Assembly: GCA_965203915.1 (NCBI GenBank)
Contig: OZ241918.1
Location: 430,642-494,641 of the forward strand
DNA: 64,000 nucleotides
Direction of reading: 5' to 3'
Origin: Alphaproteobacteria bacterium
GTDB taxonomy: Bacteria > Pseudomonadota > Alphaproteobacteria > JASGCL01
Shown in pieces: positions 1-11,104 of this stretch. Each line of letters opens with the position of its first letter. Position 1 is the stretch's first letter. A program made the translations under genes and the position numbers. The notes beneath the pieces are model-generated. The model had not been told where the DNA came from, searched no databases, and saw only the letters and a program-made list of their open reading frames with translations.

Positions 1-143
1 TGGTTGGGACCTGCGCGGTGCTGCGGCGCAGAATTATTATTGTCAAAAGGTTGTTGCATAGAAGTTCGAACCATACATTAATGTATATATTTTTTCAAGC
101 GATGTTGAAAAGATAGCCAACTTTGTCTCCGCTATTTTTTTAA

Positions 144-402
144 ATTATATTGACTTTTATGGCTAGTTAATCTATACAAAATTATATTGACTTTTATGGC
201 TAGTTAATCTATACAAAATTATATTGACTTTTATGGCTAGTTAATCTATACAAAATTATATTGACTTTTATGGCTAGTTAATCTATACAAAATTATATTG
301 ACTTTTATGGCTAGTTAATCTATACAAAATTATATTGACTTTTATGGCTAGTTAATCTATACAAAATTATATTGACTTTTATGGCTAGTTAATCTATACA
401 AA
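144..402. repeat. Seven head-to-tail, apparently 100% identical copies of a 37-bp unit (attatattgacttttatggctagttaatctatacaaa)
   Basis: Direct reading: unit starts at 144, 181, 218, 255, 292, 329 and 366, with no spacers. The array ends 72 bp upstream of the pstS ATG. Confidence 0.95.
372..400 (+). promoter_or_regulatory. Sigma70-like promoter inside each repeat unit: -35 TTGACT, 17-bp spacer, -10 TATACA (coordinates given for the pstS-proximal copy; six identical copies upstream)
   Basis: TTGACT at 372-377, spacer 378-394 (17 nt), TATACA at 395-400. Orientation reads into pstS (start 474). A Shine-Dalgarno AGGAAA sits 8 nt before the ATG. Confidence 0.45.
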
Positions 403-473
403 TAGGGTATTGAAATGGGAATTTCATCACATTTTTTACTAGAGAGAGAATAACAGGTTAGGAAAATTTCGTT

Positions 474-1463
474 ATGAATAAAAAAATAATTTTTACTACA
501 TTGGGCGCGTTGTTGTTGGCCACCCAGCCAATTAATTCTTTTGCGCGCGATTTTTTGCGGTTCGCGGGGTCGGGGACTGTCTTCCCCTACGTTAGTGCCA
601 CCAGCGAAAATTGGTCCAAAACCACCAACAACAAAGCACCCGTTATTGAGCAAATCGGCACGGGCGCGGGTTTTAAAAATTTTTGCATGGGCATGGGCGA
701 TAACAGCGCCGATGTAGCCATGGCATCGCGCACCATCAAACCCGAAGAAAAAGCCGCCTGCCAAAAAGCGGGGGTTACCGATATCATCGAATTAAAATTT
801 GGCAATGACGGCATCACCGTGGTGCAGGCAAAAAATGCCGCGCCGCTTGCCCTATGGCGTGCCGATCTTTTCCTAGCCATGTGGGGCGAAAACAATGGCA
901 ACAGCGAACGCAAAACATGGAAAGCGGTGGATAAAAACCGTTTCACCAGCGACAGGCCGCTTAAAATCTATGGGCCAGGTGCGGCCTCTGGCACTTACGA
1001 TGCTTTTATCGAATTGGCCTTAGAAAAAGGTGCGGGCGATGCAAACCCAAAATTCACCACCGAGCAGGTCAAAAAAATTGCCCGAGAAATTCGCCGCGAT
1101 GGCATTTACGTGGATAGCGGTGATAATTATAATGTTATTATCAACAAAATAAAATCTGACCCGACGGCTATCGGCGTGTTGGGGTATAGTTACCTCAATG
1201 CCAACCGCGACAGCGTGGTTGCGGTAAGCATCGACGGTATCATGCCCACTGCCGATACCATCCGCAGTAGGAAATACCCTTTATCGCGTCCTGTGTTTTT
1301 GTATGTGAAGGGCGATACTTTAAAAAAGAACGCCAATTTGAAAAGTTTTCTAAAATTCTTCATGGATGACAGCAACATTGGCGACAATGGTAAAATGGCC
1401 AGCATCGGGCTGGTATCGCTCAAGGCGGCGGAACGCGCGGCGGCCGTGGCGAAAATAAAATAG
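474..1463 (+). CDS. pstS: Phosphate ABC transporter substrate-binding protein PstS
   Basis: 329 aa with an N-terminal signal peptide. PBP fold motifs (GSGT..FPY, YGPGAASGTYDAF). First gene of a pstSCAB-phoU array. Confidence 0.9.
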   Translation: MNKKIIFTTLGALLLATQPINSFARDFLRFAGSGTVFPYVSATSENWSKTTNNKAPVIEQIGTGAGFKNFCMGMGDNSADVAMASRTIKPEEKAACQKAGVTDIIELKFGNDGITVVQAKNAAPLALWRADLFLAMWGENNGNSERKTWKAVDKNRFTSDRPLKIYGPGAASGTYDAFIELALEKGAGDANPKFTTEQVKKIAREIRRDGIYVDSGDNYNVIINKIKSDPTAIGVLGYSYLNANRDSVVAVSIDGIMPTADTIRSRKYPLSRPVFLYVKGDTLKKNANLKSFLKFFMDDSNIGDNGKMASIGLVSLKAAERAAAVAKIK

Positions 1464-1549
1464 CAAAAACAAAATAATTGTTATTCGTTATCATTCATAA
1501 CAATCCCCTGGCGGATGAAGTTATAATCGGCTAGTAGTCAAAAAAAAAT

Positions 1550-2740
1550 TTGATGATATTTATTTTATGTCTTTTTTTGTGGGGCATGGTCGGGCTTGGC
1601 TTTAATTATTTGGTGCGGCGCAAAATTTTCCTACGCCAACTGCTTGTCAACAAAATGGGCAAGCAAAAACTTACCCGTCCTATAGATTTTTTATTTTTGC
1701 TGTGGCTGGTGTTGTTGGTAACGGGCAGTTTGGTATTTTTTGTCACGGGGTATTTTTCTTTGTTGCCCATTCAGCAACTTATTTTGTCGCTTAGCGTGGT
1801 GTTGGTGGCGGGCGGCGGTTTTTATTTGCTGTTGAATTATAATTGGCAAGCCCATTTGTTGACCAGCCGCTTGATAGAGGGTTTGCTATTCATGGGCACC
1901 TTGGTCAGTTTATTTATTTCTTTGGCCATTTTGGCAACATTGTTGTGGCAATCGGTAAGGTTTTTTACCATCACCCCGCTGTTCGAATTTTTGTTTTCGA
2001 CCAATTGGAACCCCAGCACGGGCGAAAATTTTGGTGCCCTACCCATATTTTGGGGCAGCCTGGTTATTGCCTTGATAGCCATGATGGTGGCGACGCCGTT
2101 GGGTATTTTTACCGCCATATATTTGCATGACTATTGTAATAAAAAATTGGCGGCGTGGTTAAAACCCATGTTGGAATTGTTGGCTGGGGTGCCCACCGTG
2201 GTTTATGGTTTTTTTGCCATTTTGATAATTAGCCCGTTGATAAAACATTTTTTTGCTTTGTTTGGTTTGGCGGCTTCTTCTGAAAATGCCCTGTCGGCGG
2301 GGTTGGTGATGGGTATTGCCATCACACCTATCATCAGCTCCTTAAGCCAAGATGCCTTGAATGCCGTGCCCCATGAATTGAAGGAAGCCAGCCTTGGCCT
2401 GGGTGCCACCAAATCGGAAACCATGAGGCAGGTTATATTACCCTACGCCAGCGGCGGTATTTTTGCCGCGATATTGATTGCCATCAGCCGCGCCGTGGGG
2501 GAAACCATGATAGTCGTCATGGCGGCGGGGTTAACCGCAAACCTCACCATCAATCCTTTAGAAAGCCTGACCACTGCCACGGTGCAGATAGTTAGTTTGT
2601 TAACGGGCGACAGTTCGTTCGACAGCCCGCAAACCTTGTCAGCCTATAGTTTGGGCTTATTTTTGTTTATCATTACCTTGGTCATCAACAGCCTATCTAT
2701 CAAATTAAACAAACAACAAAAATTAAAAGGCAGGATATGA
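1550..2740 (+). CDS. pstC: Phosphate ABC transporter permease PstC (long alphaproteobacterial form; true start may be internal)
   Basis: 396 aa polytopic membrane protein. Core reads AISRAVGETMIVVMAAG. Position is between pstS and pstA. Confidence 0.85.
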   Translation: MMIFILCLFLWGMVGLGFNYLVRRKIFLRQLLVNKMGKQKLTRPIDFLFLLWLVLLVTGSLVFFVTGYFSLLPIQQLILSLSVVLVAGGGFYLLLNYNWQAHLLTSRLIEGLLFMGTLVSLFISLAILATLLWQSVRFFTITPLFEFLFSTNWNPSTGENFGALPIFWGSLVIALIAMMVATPLGIFTAIYLHDYCNKKLAAWLKPMLELLAGVPTVVYGFFAILIISPLIKHFFALFGLAASSENALSAGLVMGIAITPIISSLSQDALNAVPHELKEASLGLGATKSETMRQVILPYASGGIFAAILIAISRAVGETMIVVMAAGLTANLTINPLESLTTATVQIVSLLTGDSSFDSPQTLSAYSLGLFLFIITLVINSLSIKLNKQQKLKGRI

Positions 2741-4134
2741 AAAAACCAAACAAGCCAATCAAGCCCAGCCATCGCGCTGTTATCAAGCAAGGATTGGCGC
2801 GGCGTTACCGCGCCGAAAAACGTTTTCGCCTGTGGGGTTTGGCTGCGGTGGTGTTTGCTTTTTGTTTTTTGTCTTTTTTGTTGGTGAGTTTGACGGTGCG
2901 CGCCCTGCCCAGTTTTTATCAGGTGGAAATTACCTTGCCACTTCGATACGATGTTGCGGTGCTTGATAAGCAAAAGAAATTAGAGGGGGAGATGGTTATT
3001 TTGCAAGGCGACATGGCGGGGGTGCTAGCCCAGGGATTATACACGGCCTTGCAAGGGGGCAATGTAGGCGATGTCGCTAATAACCTAACCAACAACAGCG
3101 ACCAGCAACAAAAATCCAAAGGGGCGGCGCAAAACCTAACCACCACTGTGCCAGCGGCATGGCGCGATTCGTTGCTTTCATTGCTGTCGCCCGATGCTGT
3201 TTTTGAAACCAGTCGTTATTTATACCAACAACAAACCATGTTGAATAAGATGGAGGAGAGAAGTGTCCTTGCCTCCAGCTTGGTTGATAATTATATAAAA
3301 GGTCATGGTGCCAACAATCTAACCCTGGAGCAAAAAAATTGGCTGCAAATATTAGCCCATAAAAAATTGATTCATAAGAAGTTTAATTGGCGATTCTTTA
3401 CCAACGGCGATAGTCAACGCCCCGAATCGGCGGGTATTTTAAACGGCGTGTTGGGCTCGCTGTTGACGATTGCTATTTGTTTTGCGGTTTCTTTTCCCAT
3501 TGCCATTATGGCTGGCATTTATTTGGAAGAATTTTTTGACGCCAAACATGCGCGACCCTTTTGGCAAAGGTTTTTTAACGTGGTGGAGGTTAACATCAAT
3601 TCGCTGGCCGCGGTGCCTTCCATCATTTATGGCCTGTTGGGTTTGTCGGTGTTGGTTAATTTTTTTGGCGTGCCGCGTTCATCCTCTCTTGCGGGGGGGT
3701 TGACCCTGGGCTTGATGACCATGCCGCTATTAATTATCGTAACCCGCAGTGCGCTGCGCGCCGTGCCCAATAATATTAGGGAGGCCGCTTTGTCGCTTGG
3801 CATTAACCGTTGGCAATTGGTGTTGCATCACCTGTTGCCCCTGTCATTATCGGGTATTTTAACGGGAACGATATTGGGGTTATCGCGTGCCGTGGGCGAA
3901 ACCGCCCCCTTGATATTGATAGGCATGGTGGCATTTGTTATGTCGGCGGCGACCGATGTAACATCGCCCACCACAACATTGCCCGTCCAGGTTTTTTTGT
4001 GGGCCAACCATGCCGACACGGGGTTCATTTATAAAACGGCGGCTGCAATTATTGTTTTGCTTTTTTTGATTTTTCTGATTAACTTAACCGTGATTATTAT
4101 TCGCCAAAAATGGACAAAACAATCGAGGGTATAA
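2737..4134 (+). CDS. pstA: Phosphate ABC transporter permease PstA with a large N-terminal periplasmic extension
   Basis: 465 aa. C-terminal half is the permease core ([16 protein letters not shown]). Start overlaps the pstC stop by 4 bp (ATGA). Confidence 0.85.
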   Translation: MKKPNKPIKPSHRAVIKQGLARRYRAEKRFRLWGLAAVVFAFCFLSFLLVSLTVRALPSFYQVEITLPLRYDVAVLDKQKKLEGEMVILQGDMAGVLAQGLYTALQGGNVGDVANNLTNNSDQQQKSKGAAQNLTTTVPAAWRDSLLSLLSPDAVFETSRYLYQQQTMLNKMEERSVLASSLVDNYIKGHGANNLTLEQKNWLQILAHKKLIHKKFNWRFFTNGDSQRPESAGILNGVLGSLLTIAICFAVSFPIAIMAGIYLEEFFDAKHARPFWQRFFNVVEVNINSLAAVPSIIYGLLGLSVLVNFFGVPRSSSLAGGLTLGLMTMPLLIIVTRSALRAVPNNIREAALSLGINRWQLVLHHLLPLSLSGILTGTILGLSRAVGETAPLILIGMVAFVMSAATDVTSPTTTLPVQVFLWANHADTGFIYKTAAAIIVLLFLIFLINLTVIIIRQKWTKQSRV

Positions 4135-4135
4135 C

Positions 4136-4909
4136 ATGACCACAAAAAAATCTTCACCTATTTTCCAGTGTAATAACCTGTCGGTTTATTATGGTGACAA
4201 ACAGGCGTTAAAAAATATTACTTTATCCGTGGCTAAAAACAAAATCACGGCTTTGATTGGGCCGTCGGGTTGTGGCAAATCGACATTTTTAAAATCCCTC
4301 AACCGCATGAATGACCTGGTTGATAATTGCCATATGACGGGCCAGGTATTGTTGGATGGTCGCGACATTTACGCCAAGGATACCGACGTGGTGTTGTTGC
4401 GTTCACGGGTCGGGATGGTTTTTCAAAAACCAAATCCCTTTGCCAAAAGCATTTATGACAATGTTGCCTATGCCCCCAAAATACATGGGTTGGTAAAAAA
4501 CAAAACCGATACCGATGAAATAGTCGAAACCAGTTTAAAAAAAGCTGGGCTGTGGGATGAGGTAAAAGATGATTTAAAAAAATCGGGCACCGCCCTGTCG
4601 GGTGGGCAACAACAACGTTTGTGCATCGCCCGCACCATCGCCATCAACCCCGATGTTATCTTGATGGACGAACCATGTTCGGCGCTTGACCCCATTGCCA
4701 CGGCAAGGATAGAAGATTTGATGGCCGAATTGGCGAAAAAATATACCATTATTATTGTCACCCATTCGATGTCACAGGCGCGGCGGGTTTCCGACATAAC
4801 TTGTTTTTTTTATTTAGGTGATTTAATAGAAAGTGGTAGGACGGACGATATTTTCGACAACCCAAAAGATAAAAAAACATACAATTATATTACGGGAAGG
4901 TTTGGCTAA
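4136..4909 (+). CDS. pstB: Phosphate import ATP-binding protein PstB
   Basis: 257 aa. Walker [10 protein letters not shown], signature LSGGQQQRL, Walker B ILMDEP. Confidence 0.92.
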   Translation: MTTKKSSPIFQCNNLSVYYGDKQALKNITLSVAKNKITALIGPSGCGKSTFLKSLNRMNDLVDNCHMTGQVLLDGRDIYAKDTDVVLLRSRVGMVFQKPNPFAKSIYDNVAYAPKIHGLVKNKTDTDEIVETSLKKAGLWDEVKDDLKKSGTALSGGQQQRLCIARTIAINPDVILMDEPCSALDPIATARIEDLMAELAKKYTIIIVTHSMSQARRVSDITCFFYLGDLIESGRTDDIFDNPKDKKTYNYITGRFG

Positions 4910-4911
4910 AG

Positions 4912-5595
4912 ATGAACAATGGCAATTTAATAAGAAGAGAAGAAGCGCGTGATTTTAAGCATTTGTTTCAGTTGCTGGAAAAAATGGACAAAATTGCAAC
5001 CAAAATGGTGAAGGACTTCCTTGACCAGTTGCAACACCCTGAGGGTGCGGCGTTAAAAAAAATCATGGCCGCCGACCGCGACCTGGATGAATTGGAAATT
5101 ATTGTCAATGAAGAGGTCATTGCCATTATCAGCCGTTGGCAACCCGTCGCCAACGATCTGCGCATGATGATGGCGGCGATAAAAATTGCCACGGCATTCG
5201 AACGCATCGGCGACTATATCCATAGCAATTCTAACAAGATTATTTTTTCGTTAGAAAATGGTTTGAATCCCAAATCCATCAATATTAAGGCTTTAGGCAA
5301 CCTGGGGGTGAGGATTGTTGCCTTGATGAGTTTGGTGTCGCAAGATATAAAAAATCATGCCAGTAACAATGCCGAAAAAATAATGGCGGAGGATTTTTTG
5401 ATAGATAAAATATACGGCGAATTATATAGGGAAAGTTTGCAGTCCGACGGCAAAACGCCCATCGCGGGGGTTATCAAAACAGTGATGATAGCAAAATACC
5501 TGGAACGGATAGGGGACCAGTTAAGAAATATCGCCGAGGCCTTGCTCTACGCGACCGAGGGTAAATTGCCCCTTCCTGAACGCGGGCAATTTTAA
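4912..5595 (+). CDS. phoU: Phosphate signalling complex protein PhoU
   Basis: 227 aa, two PhoU repeats. Immediately follows pstB. Confidence 0.85.
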   Translation: MNNGNLIRREEARDFKHLFQLLEKMDKIATKMVKDFLDQLQHPEGAALKKIMAADRDLDELEIIVNEEVIAIISRWQPVANDLRMMMAAIKIATAFERIGDYIHSNSNKIIFSLENGLNPKSINIKALGNLGVRIVALMSLVSQDIKNHASNNAEKIMAEDFLIDKIYGELYRESLQSDGKTPIAGVIKTVMIAKYLERIGDQLRNIAEALLYATEGKLPLPERGQF

Positions 5596-5607
5596 TTACT
5601 GCTGGCT

Positions 5608-6531
5608 TTATTTTATTTCTTTGCTTAAAAAATAAGCATAGGCATCTTTGATACCATCGACCAAAGATTTGGTGGGCTTAAATCCCAAATCATGAAAAAA
5701 TTGCGAATCCATTATTTTTTGTTTCATGCCAATTGGTTTGTCTAGCAAAAATTGCCATGTGCCTTGAAAACCCAGCACCTTGGCGGTGGCTTGGTAATAA
5801 TCTAAAATACTAATATCATGGTTAACCCCAACATTGGTCACGGCGGGTAATTTTTCAATATGCAACAAAGCGAACCAAATGGCGCCCGCCAAATCAAACG
5901 CTGACATTAATTCGCGCCGCGCCGTGCCGTCGCCCCATAATTCAACGCTCACTTTTTTTTCTTGGACGGCGTGATGAATTTTTCTAATAACCCCCGCAGG
6001 AAAATGGGAAGTTACGGCATCGAAGTTATCATAACGGCCAAACAAATTGGGCGGGATGAGGGTTTTATATTGCAAGCCAGTATTTTGTTCGGCAAAAAAT
6101 TGACATAATTTTAAGACAGACATTTTGGCCAAGCCATAACCTTCGTTGGTGGGCTCGAATGGCCCGCTCAACATCGATGCTTCCTTCAACGGGTTGGGCG
6201 CCATTTTGGGATAAATGCAAGAGCTTCCCAAATTGATTAATTTCTTTATTCCCAATTCTTTGGCGGCCAACACAACATTTTTTCCCATTTCAAAATTTTC
6301 GATTAAAAAATCGGCCTGCGCGCTAAGGTTGGCGACAATCCCGCCAACCTTTCCCGCGGTATGAATAACCGCATCGGGCGCGACATCCTTCATGGCTTGC
6401 TTAACGCTACGAAAATCGAGGAGGTCAACCTCCGCCCTTGCTGGCGCGGTGATGACATGGCTGCCCGCAAGCGGATGTTCGCGACTGTTGCGTCCCACCA
6501 TGCCGCGACCGCCCGTTAAAAAAATTTTCAT
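5608..6531 (-). CDS. fcl: GDP-L-fucose synthase (GDP-4-keto-6-deoxymannose 3,5-epimerase/4-reductase)
   Basis: 307 aa. N-terminus KIFLTGGRGMVG. Directly downstream of gmd on the same strand. Confidence 0.88.
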   Translation of the reverse strand: MKIFLTGGRGMVGRNSREHPLAGSHVITAPARAEVDLLDFRSVKQAMKDVAPDAVIHTAGKVGGIVANLSAQADFLIENFEMGKNVVLAAKELGIKKLINLGSSCIYPKMAPNPLKEASMLSGPFEPTNEGYGLAKMSVLKLCQFFAEQNTGLQYKTLIPPNLFGRYDNFDAVTSHFPAGVIRKIHHAVQEKKVSVELWGDGTARRELMSAFDLAGAIWFALLHIEKLPAVTNVGVNHDISILDYYQATAKVLGFQGTWQFLLDKPIGMKQKIMDSQFFHDLGFKPTKSLVDGIKDAYAYFLSKEIK

Positions 6532-6536
6532 GATAG

Positions 6537-7574
6537 TTATATTTTCTTTGCTTGCGCCAAATCAACTTCCGTCATTTCCTTGACCAATTGGGCAAAAGAA
6601 ATTTTGGGCTGCCAATTTAATTTGCTTTTTGCTTTGCTGGCATCGCCTAACAATGTTTCAACCTCGGTCGGGCGGAAATATCGTTGGTCCACTTTAACTA
6701 TTTCTTGGCCATTGCACAACCCAACTTCGTTTACGCCCTTGCCTTGCCAATCTATTTTCATACCCAACTCTTTGCCAACCAATTCGACAAATTCCCTTAC
6801 CGAATGTTGTTCGCCCGTGGCGATAACAAAATCTTCGGGCTTGGGTTGTTGCAACATCAACCACATGGCTTCGACGTAATCTTTGGCATGACCCCAATCG
6901 CGCAAGGCATCCAAATTACCAAGGTAGAGGGTTTTTTGTTTGCCCAATTTTATTCTGGCCAAGGCGCGGGTTATTTTACGGGTGACGAAGGTTTCGCCCC
7001 TGATGGGCGATTCGTGATTAAACAAAATACCATTGCAAGCAAAAATACCATAGGCTTCGCGATAATTAACGGTTATCCAATAGGCATATAATTTGGCCGC
7101 GGCATAGGGGCTGCGTGGATAAAATGGCGTGGTTTCACTTTGTGCTTCTTTATAAATGCCACCATAAAGTTCGGAGGTTGAGGCCTGATAATAACGCGTG
7201 GTTTTTTCTAAGCCCAAGGTGCGGATAGCCTCCAGCAAACGTAGCGCCCCCATGGCATCCGAATTGGCGGTGTATTCTGGTTCTTCGAACGATACGGCGA
7301 CGTGGCTTTGTGCCGCCAGGTTATAAACTTCATCGGGTCTAACCTTAGATAAAATATGAATAAGGCTTGATGAATCGGTCATGTCGCCATGGTGCAGGTG
7401 GAAATGGGTTTGCCCTTCATGCTCGTCATGAAATAAATGGTCAATGCGCGCGGTATTAAACAGTGAGGTGCGACGTTTGATGCCATGCACTTCATAACCT
7501 TTGTTTAATAAAAATTCTGCCAGGTAGGCACCGTCCTGTCCCGTAACCCCTGTTATAACTGCTTTTTTACCCAT
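6537..7574 (-). CDS. gmd: GDP-mannose 4,6-dehydratase
   Basis: 345 aa. [32 protein letters not shown] is the canonical Gmd N-terminus. Confidence 0.92.
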   Translation of the reverse strand: MGKKAVITGVTGQDGAYLAEFLLNKGYEVHGIKRRTSLFNTARIDHLFHDEHEGQTHFHLHHGDMTDSSSLIHILSKVRPDEVYNLAAQSHVAVSFEEPEYTANSDAMGALRLLEAIRTLGLEKTTRYYQASTSELYGGIYKEAQSETTPFYPRSPYAAAKLYAYWITVNYREAYGIFACNGILFNHESPIRGETFVTRKITRALARIKLGKQKTLYLGNLDALRDWGHAKDYVEAMWLMLQQPKPEDFVIATGEQHSVREFVELVGKELGMKIDWQGKGVNEVGLCNGQEIVKVDQRYFRPTEVETLLGDASKAKSKLNWQPKISFAQLVKEMTEVDLAQAKKI

Positions 7575-7711
7575 GGTAAGTCTTTAGCCAAATTACTTTT
7601 ATTTGACAACTTGTTATTTGGTAGAGGGCGGGCGGGGCAAGCGGGACGGCGTTGACGATGCCCTTAATTTATTGACAAGCAAGGCGCAATTTTATAAATA
7701 CCTTAGGGATT

Positions 7712-9280
7712 ATGGAAACTATTTATCCTGTTTTGTTGTGCGGCGGTGTTGGTAGCAGACTTTGGCCATTATCGCGCCAAGCCAAGCCAAAACAATTTTT
7801 GTCGCTGCTGGATAAAGAACAAAGCCTGTTTCAATCAACCATCGCACGGTTAAAAAATTTTTCTCACCAAGCCAATGTTTATAACGGTTTTGCCATCGGC
7901 GAAATGACCTGTATCGGGGCGGGCATGGTGGATGGCGTCATGGCGCACCAATTTTTTATCTATGAACAATTACAAGCCATGGGGACGACCGCCAATATAT
8001 TATTGGAACCCATGGCGCGCGATTCGGGACCCGCGATATTGGCGGCTTGCCTGCATCATCAGCAACAGGTTGATGATAAACATGGCGCCTTGTTGATATT
8101 GCCTTGCGACCATTATATTGAACATCCCCAAGAATTTTACCGATCCTTGGCGGTGGCGATGGAAAAATTAAACACCGAGAGAGATGCCATTGTTACATTT
8201 GGTATTATGCCCCATGCGGCGTCAAAAAATTATGGTTATATTTTACCCGATGCAAAACAGGCAGGAAAAAATCAGGGGGATAAAAAACAGGGGGATAAAA
8301 ACATAGACTGCCTGCCCGTTACAACATTCAAAGAAAAGCCAGATGAAAAAACCGCGCAACATTATATCGAACAGGGTTATTTGTGGAACAGTGGTATATT
8401 TTTATTTTATCCCGAAACCGTTATTGCCGCTTACCAACGGCTGCAACCCGATACTTACAAAGAAGTGCTGGCGGCGGTAACGGGCATGGTGCGCGACCCA
8501 TCGCCGCAATGGCCATTTTGGTGGTTGGTGGAGGAAGCCTATAAAAAAATCAAACCCTTGTCGTTTGATTATGCCATCATGGAAAAAAACAAAAAAAACT
8601 TTGTGGTGACCATGAACAAAAACAGCAATTGGGGCTGGTCGGACCTTGGTAGTTTTGATGAAATAAAACGCCTTCATCAACAGGATAAGGATGGCAATGC
8701 CATTCACCAAGTCGACGACAAAACCCCGCCCGTTGTTCTGCATCAATCAACCAACAATTTGGTGATGAACAGCGGCGGGCAAACCATTGCCCTGTTGGGG
8801 GTGGAGGATAAGGCGGTTATCGCCACCAAGGATGCCTTGTTGGTGGCCGATTGGCAATATCTGTCGGAAATGAAAGAATTGGTAAAAAAATTACAAGCAG
8901 GCAACGGCAACATCACCGCCCATCACAGCGCCGTCACCCGCCCATGGGGTTATTATGAATCGCTCAAGGTTGATGATGGTTATCAAGTAAAAAAATTGTT
9001 TTTAAAACCTGGCGCCAAAATCTCGCTCCAGAAGCATCGCCACCGTTCGGAACATTGGGTGGTGGTCAAGGGCAAGGCCAAGGTAACCCTGGGCGATAGC
9101 GCCGAAACCTTGCAAGAAAAAATTTTATTGGCCAACCAATCGATCTATTTGCCCGTTGGCATTATTCACCGTTTGGAAAATATCGGCGAAGGCGATTTGG
9201 AATTGATAGAGGTGCAGACAGGAAGTTATTTGGGTGAAGACGATATTGAACGTATCGAGGATATTTATCGCCGCAAATAA
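7712..9280 (+). CDS. manC: Bifunctional mannose-1-phosphate guanylyltransferase / mannose-6-phosphate isomerase (ManC/CpsB type) with a Lys/Gly/Asp-rich insertion
   Basis: 522 aa. N-terminal NTP-transferase (PVLLCGGVGSRLWPLS) and C-terminal cupin (HRHRSEHWVVVKG). Confidence 0.85.
   Translation: METIYPVLLCGGVGSRLWPLSRQAKPKQFLSLLDKEQSLFQSTIARLKNFSHQANVYNGFAIGEMTCIGAGMVDGVMAHQFFIYEQLQAMGTTANILLEPMARDSGPAILAACLHHQQQVDDKHGALLILPCDHYIEHPQEFYRSLAVAMEKLNTERDAIVTFGIMPHAASKNYGYILPDAKQAGKNQGDKKQGDKNIDCLPVTTFKEKPDEKTAQHYIEQGYLWNSGIFLFYPETVIAAYQRLQPDTYKEVLAAVTGMVRDPSPQWPFWWLVEEAYKKIKPLSFDYAIMEKNKKNFVVTMNKNSNWGWSDLGSFDEIKRLHQQDKDGNAIHQVDDKTPPVVLHQSTNNLVMNSGGQTIALLGVEDKAVIATKDALLVADWQYLSEMKELVKKLQAGNGNITAHHSAVTRPWGYYESLKVDDGYQVKKLFLKPGAKISLQKHRHRSEHWVVVKGKAKVTLGDSAETLQEKILLANQSIYLPVGIIHRLENIGEGDLELIEVQTGSYLGEDDIERIEDIYRRK
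8273..8302 (+). repeat. 15-bp perfect tandem duplication (cagggggataaaaaa x2) inside manC, encoding ..NQGDKKQGDKN..
   Basis: Read directly; the duplication is in frame. Confidence 0.85.
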
Positions 9281-9297
9281 TATTTGCAATTGTTGTA

Positions 9298-11073
9298 TTA
9301 ACGATACAATTTATCCAACGCTGTTTTATATTGCTTCAACACGTTTTGACGGCGCAATTTTAAAGTGGGCGACAGACATTCATTTTGAATGGTGAAATCT
9401 TCGCTGGCAATGATAAATTTTCTTATTTTTTCAAAATTGGCCAAATTTTTATTGGCGTGAGTCACGGCTTCCTGCACCTGTTCTTCGACGGTTAATTTGT
9501 TTTTGTGTTTGGGGTTCAACCCATCCTTATCAATCACCAACACCGCCGTCAGGTATGGTTTTTTTTCGCCATAAACCATGGCCTGTTTGATACAATTTTC
9601 TAATTGCAAAATATTTTCTACACGCTGCGGCGCAATATTTTCGCCGCCGCTGTTGACAATAATATCTTTTTTGCGGTCGGTGATGACAAGATGCCCGTTG
9701 TCTATTTTGCCAATATCACCAGTTTTTAAATAACCCTCGCTGTTAAAGGCTTCCTTGGTTGCCTTGGTGTCTTTCCAATATCCCTTCATCAGGGTCGGGC
9801 CCTTTAATAAAATTTCACCATCGGGGGCAATTTTTACTTCCAACCCTTTGATAGGCACCCCGACCGAATCCATCCTTTCGTCAAATGGTAAATTGACGGT
9901 GGCGGCGATAGAGGCCTCGGTCAGGCCATAGCCCTGCAACACGCGTAGCCCCAGGGAATTGATGAATGCCCCGACATCGGGGTTAAGCGGTGCGCCGCCC
10001 GAAATAAAAACTTTCAATCGGCCGCCAAATGATTTTTTTATTTTGCGCCGCACGATAAATGATAAGAAAAAATTATTACATTTTTCTTTGAAGGTTAACG
10101 GTTCATATTTCGCCTTTTTCATGCCCAGGGCAATGGTGTGGGTTAATAGTTTTTTTGCAAAGGGTTTTTGTTTTTCCATGCGGGTGATAATGCGGGTGCG
10201 TAACGCCTCATAAAGGCGTGGCACGGCGGTGATGATGGTCGGTTTTACCTCCACCATGTTTTGTGATAATTTTTCTAAACTTTCTGCAAAATATACCCGC
10301 GCCCCCAAATTGACGGCGATGGCGGTGACAACATTAAATTCGTAGCAATGGCTTAAGGGCAGGAAAGATAAAAACGATTCCTTGTTCATTTGAAATTTGG
10401 GGATACGTTCGAACAGCGGCATCAAGCCATCTATCACCGCCAATTGGGCGGCGTGGGTTAGCATGACCCCCTTCGGCAAACCTGACGTGCCCGAGGTGTA
10501 GAGAATAGCCGAAATTTTGTTGGGTAAGATAGCCGCGGCGCGTTCGCTTAATAATACCTTATCGCCATGCACGCCGCCACCGCTGTGGATTCGTTGGGTG
10601 CCGTGGGTAATTTGTGAAAAATAATAGAACTTGCTGCTGCTGGGTATATTTTGCGCAATATCGCCAGAAAAACCAATGATATGTTTTACCTTACGCTTCA
10701 TATATGGCACATCGGCTTGCTTAAAAAGTTGCTTGTTAGAAATAATGGCGACGCTTATTTCGGCGTCCTGCAAAATATGATTCATGTTGTCGGCGGCAAT
10801 GCCAGGCATCACGGGCACGGGTATACCGCCCATTGCCCAAATGGCATAGAGGCTGATAACCCATTCGGGCCTGTTTTCTGACAATATCATGATGCGGGGC
10901 TCGACCCCCAAATTCATCTGTTCCAAATATTGTGCTAAAAAATTGACGCGTTTGGCAATTTCCTGCCATGATAGGCCTTGCCAATAACTGCCGTTGGCTT
11001 TGTCAAACAGCCACGGGCTTTTTTGGTATTTGTTTGCTTGCTTTAAAAAAAGAGATAAAAGATTATTGACCAT
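9298..11073 (-). CDS. Long-chain fatty-acid--CoA ligase / AMP-dependent synthetase (FadD-like)
   Basis: 591 aa. AMP-binding motif YTSGTSGLPKGV. ..GYGLTE.. and ..TGDIG.. motifs. Confidence 0.8.
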   Translation of the reverse strand: MVNNLLSLFLKQANKYQKSPWLFDKANGSYWQGLSWQEIAKRVNFLAQYLEQMNLGVEPRIMILSENRPEWVISLYAIWAMGGIPVPVMPGIAADNMNHILQDAEISVAIISNKQLFKQADVPYMKRKVKHIIGFSGDIAQNIPSSSKFYYFSQITHGTQRIHSGGGVHGDKVLLSERAAAILPNKISAILYTSGTSGLPKGVMLTHAAQLAVIDGLMPLFERIPKFQMNKESFLSFLPLSHCYEFNVVTAIAVNLGARVYFAESLEKLSQNMVEVKPTIITAVPRLYEALRTRIITRMEKQKPFAKKLLTHTIALGMKKAKYEPLTFKEKCNNFFLSFIVRRKIKKSFGGRLKVFISGGAPLNPDVGAFINSLGLRVLQGYGLTEASIAATVNLPFDERMDSVGVPIKGLEVKIAPDGEILLKGPTLMKGYWKDTKATKEAFNSEGYLKTGDIGKIDNGHLVITDRKKDIIVNSGGENIAPQRVENILQLENCIKQAMVYGEKKPYLTAVLVIDKDGLNPKHKNKLTVEEQVQEAVTHANKNLANFEKIRKFIIASEDFTIQNECLSPTLKLRRQNVLKQYKTALDKLYR

Positions 11074-11104
11074 GTATCGTTTGCATTGTTGGCGGGGTTA
11101 TTTG

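Noticed and set aside
144-402. Possible CRISPR array
   Set aside because: The units are contiguous with no spacers, there is no cas gene nearby, and the unit contains promoter boxes. This is a tandem repeat, not a CRISPR.
357-764. 135-aa minus-strand ORF spanning the repeat array and the pstS 5' end (other antisense ORFs inside pst genes, e.g. 587-946, are the same kind)
   Set aside because: It is antisense to the well-supported pstS and runs through the repeat array. There are no motifs; it is a typical spurious shadow ORF.
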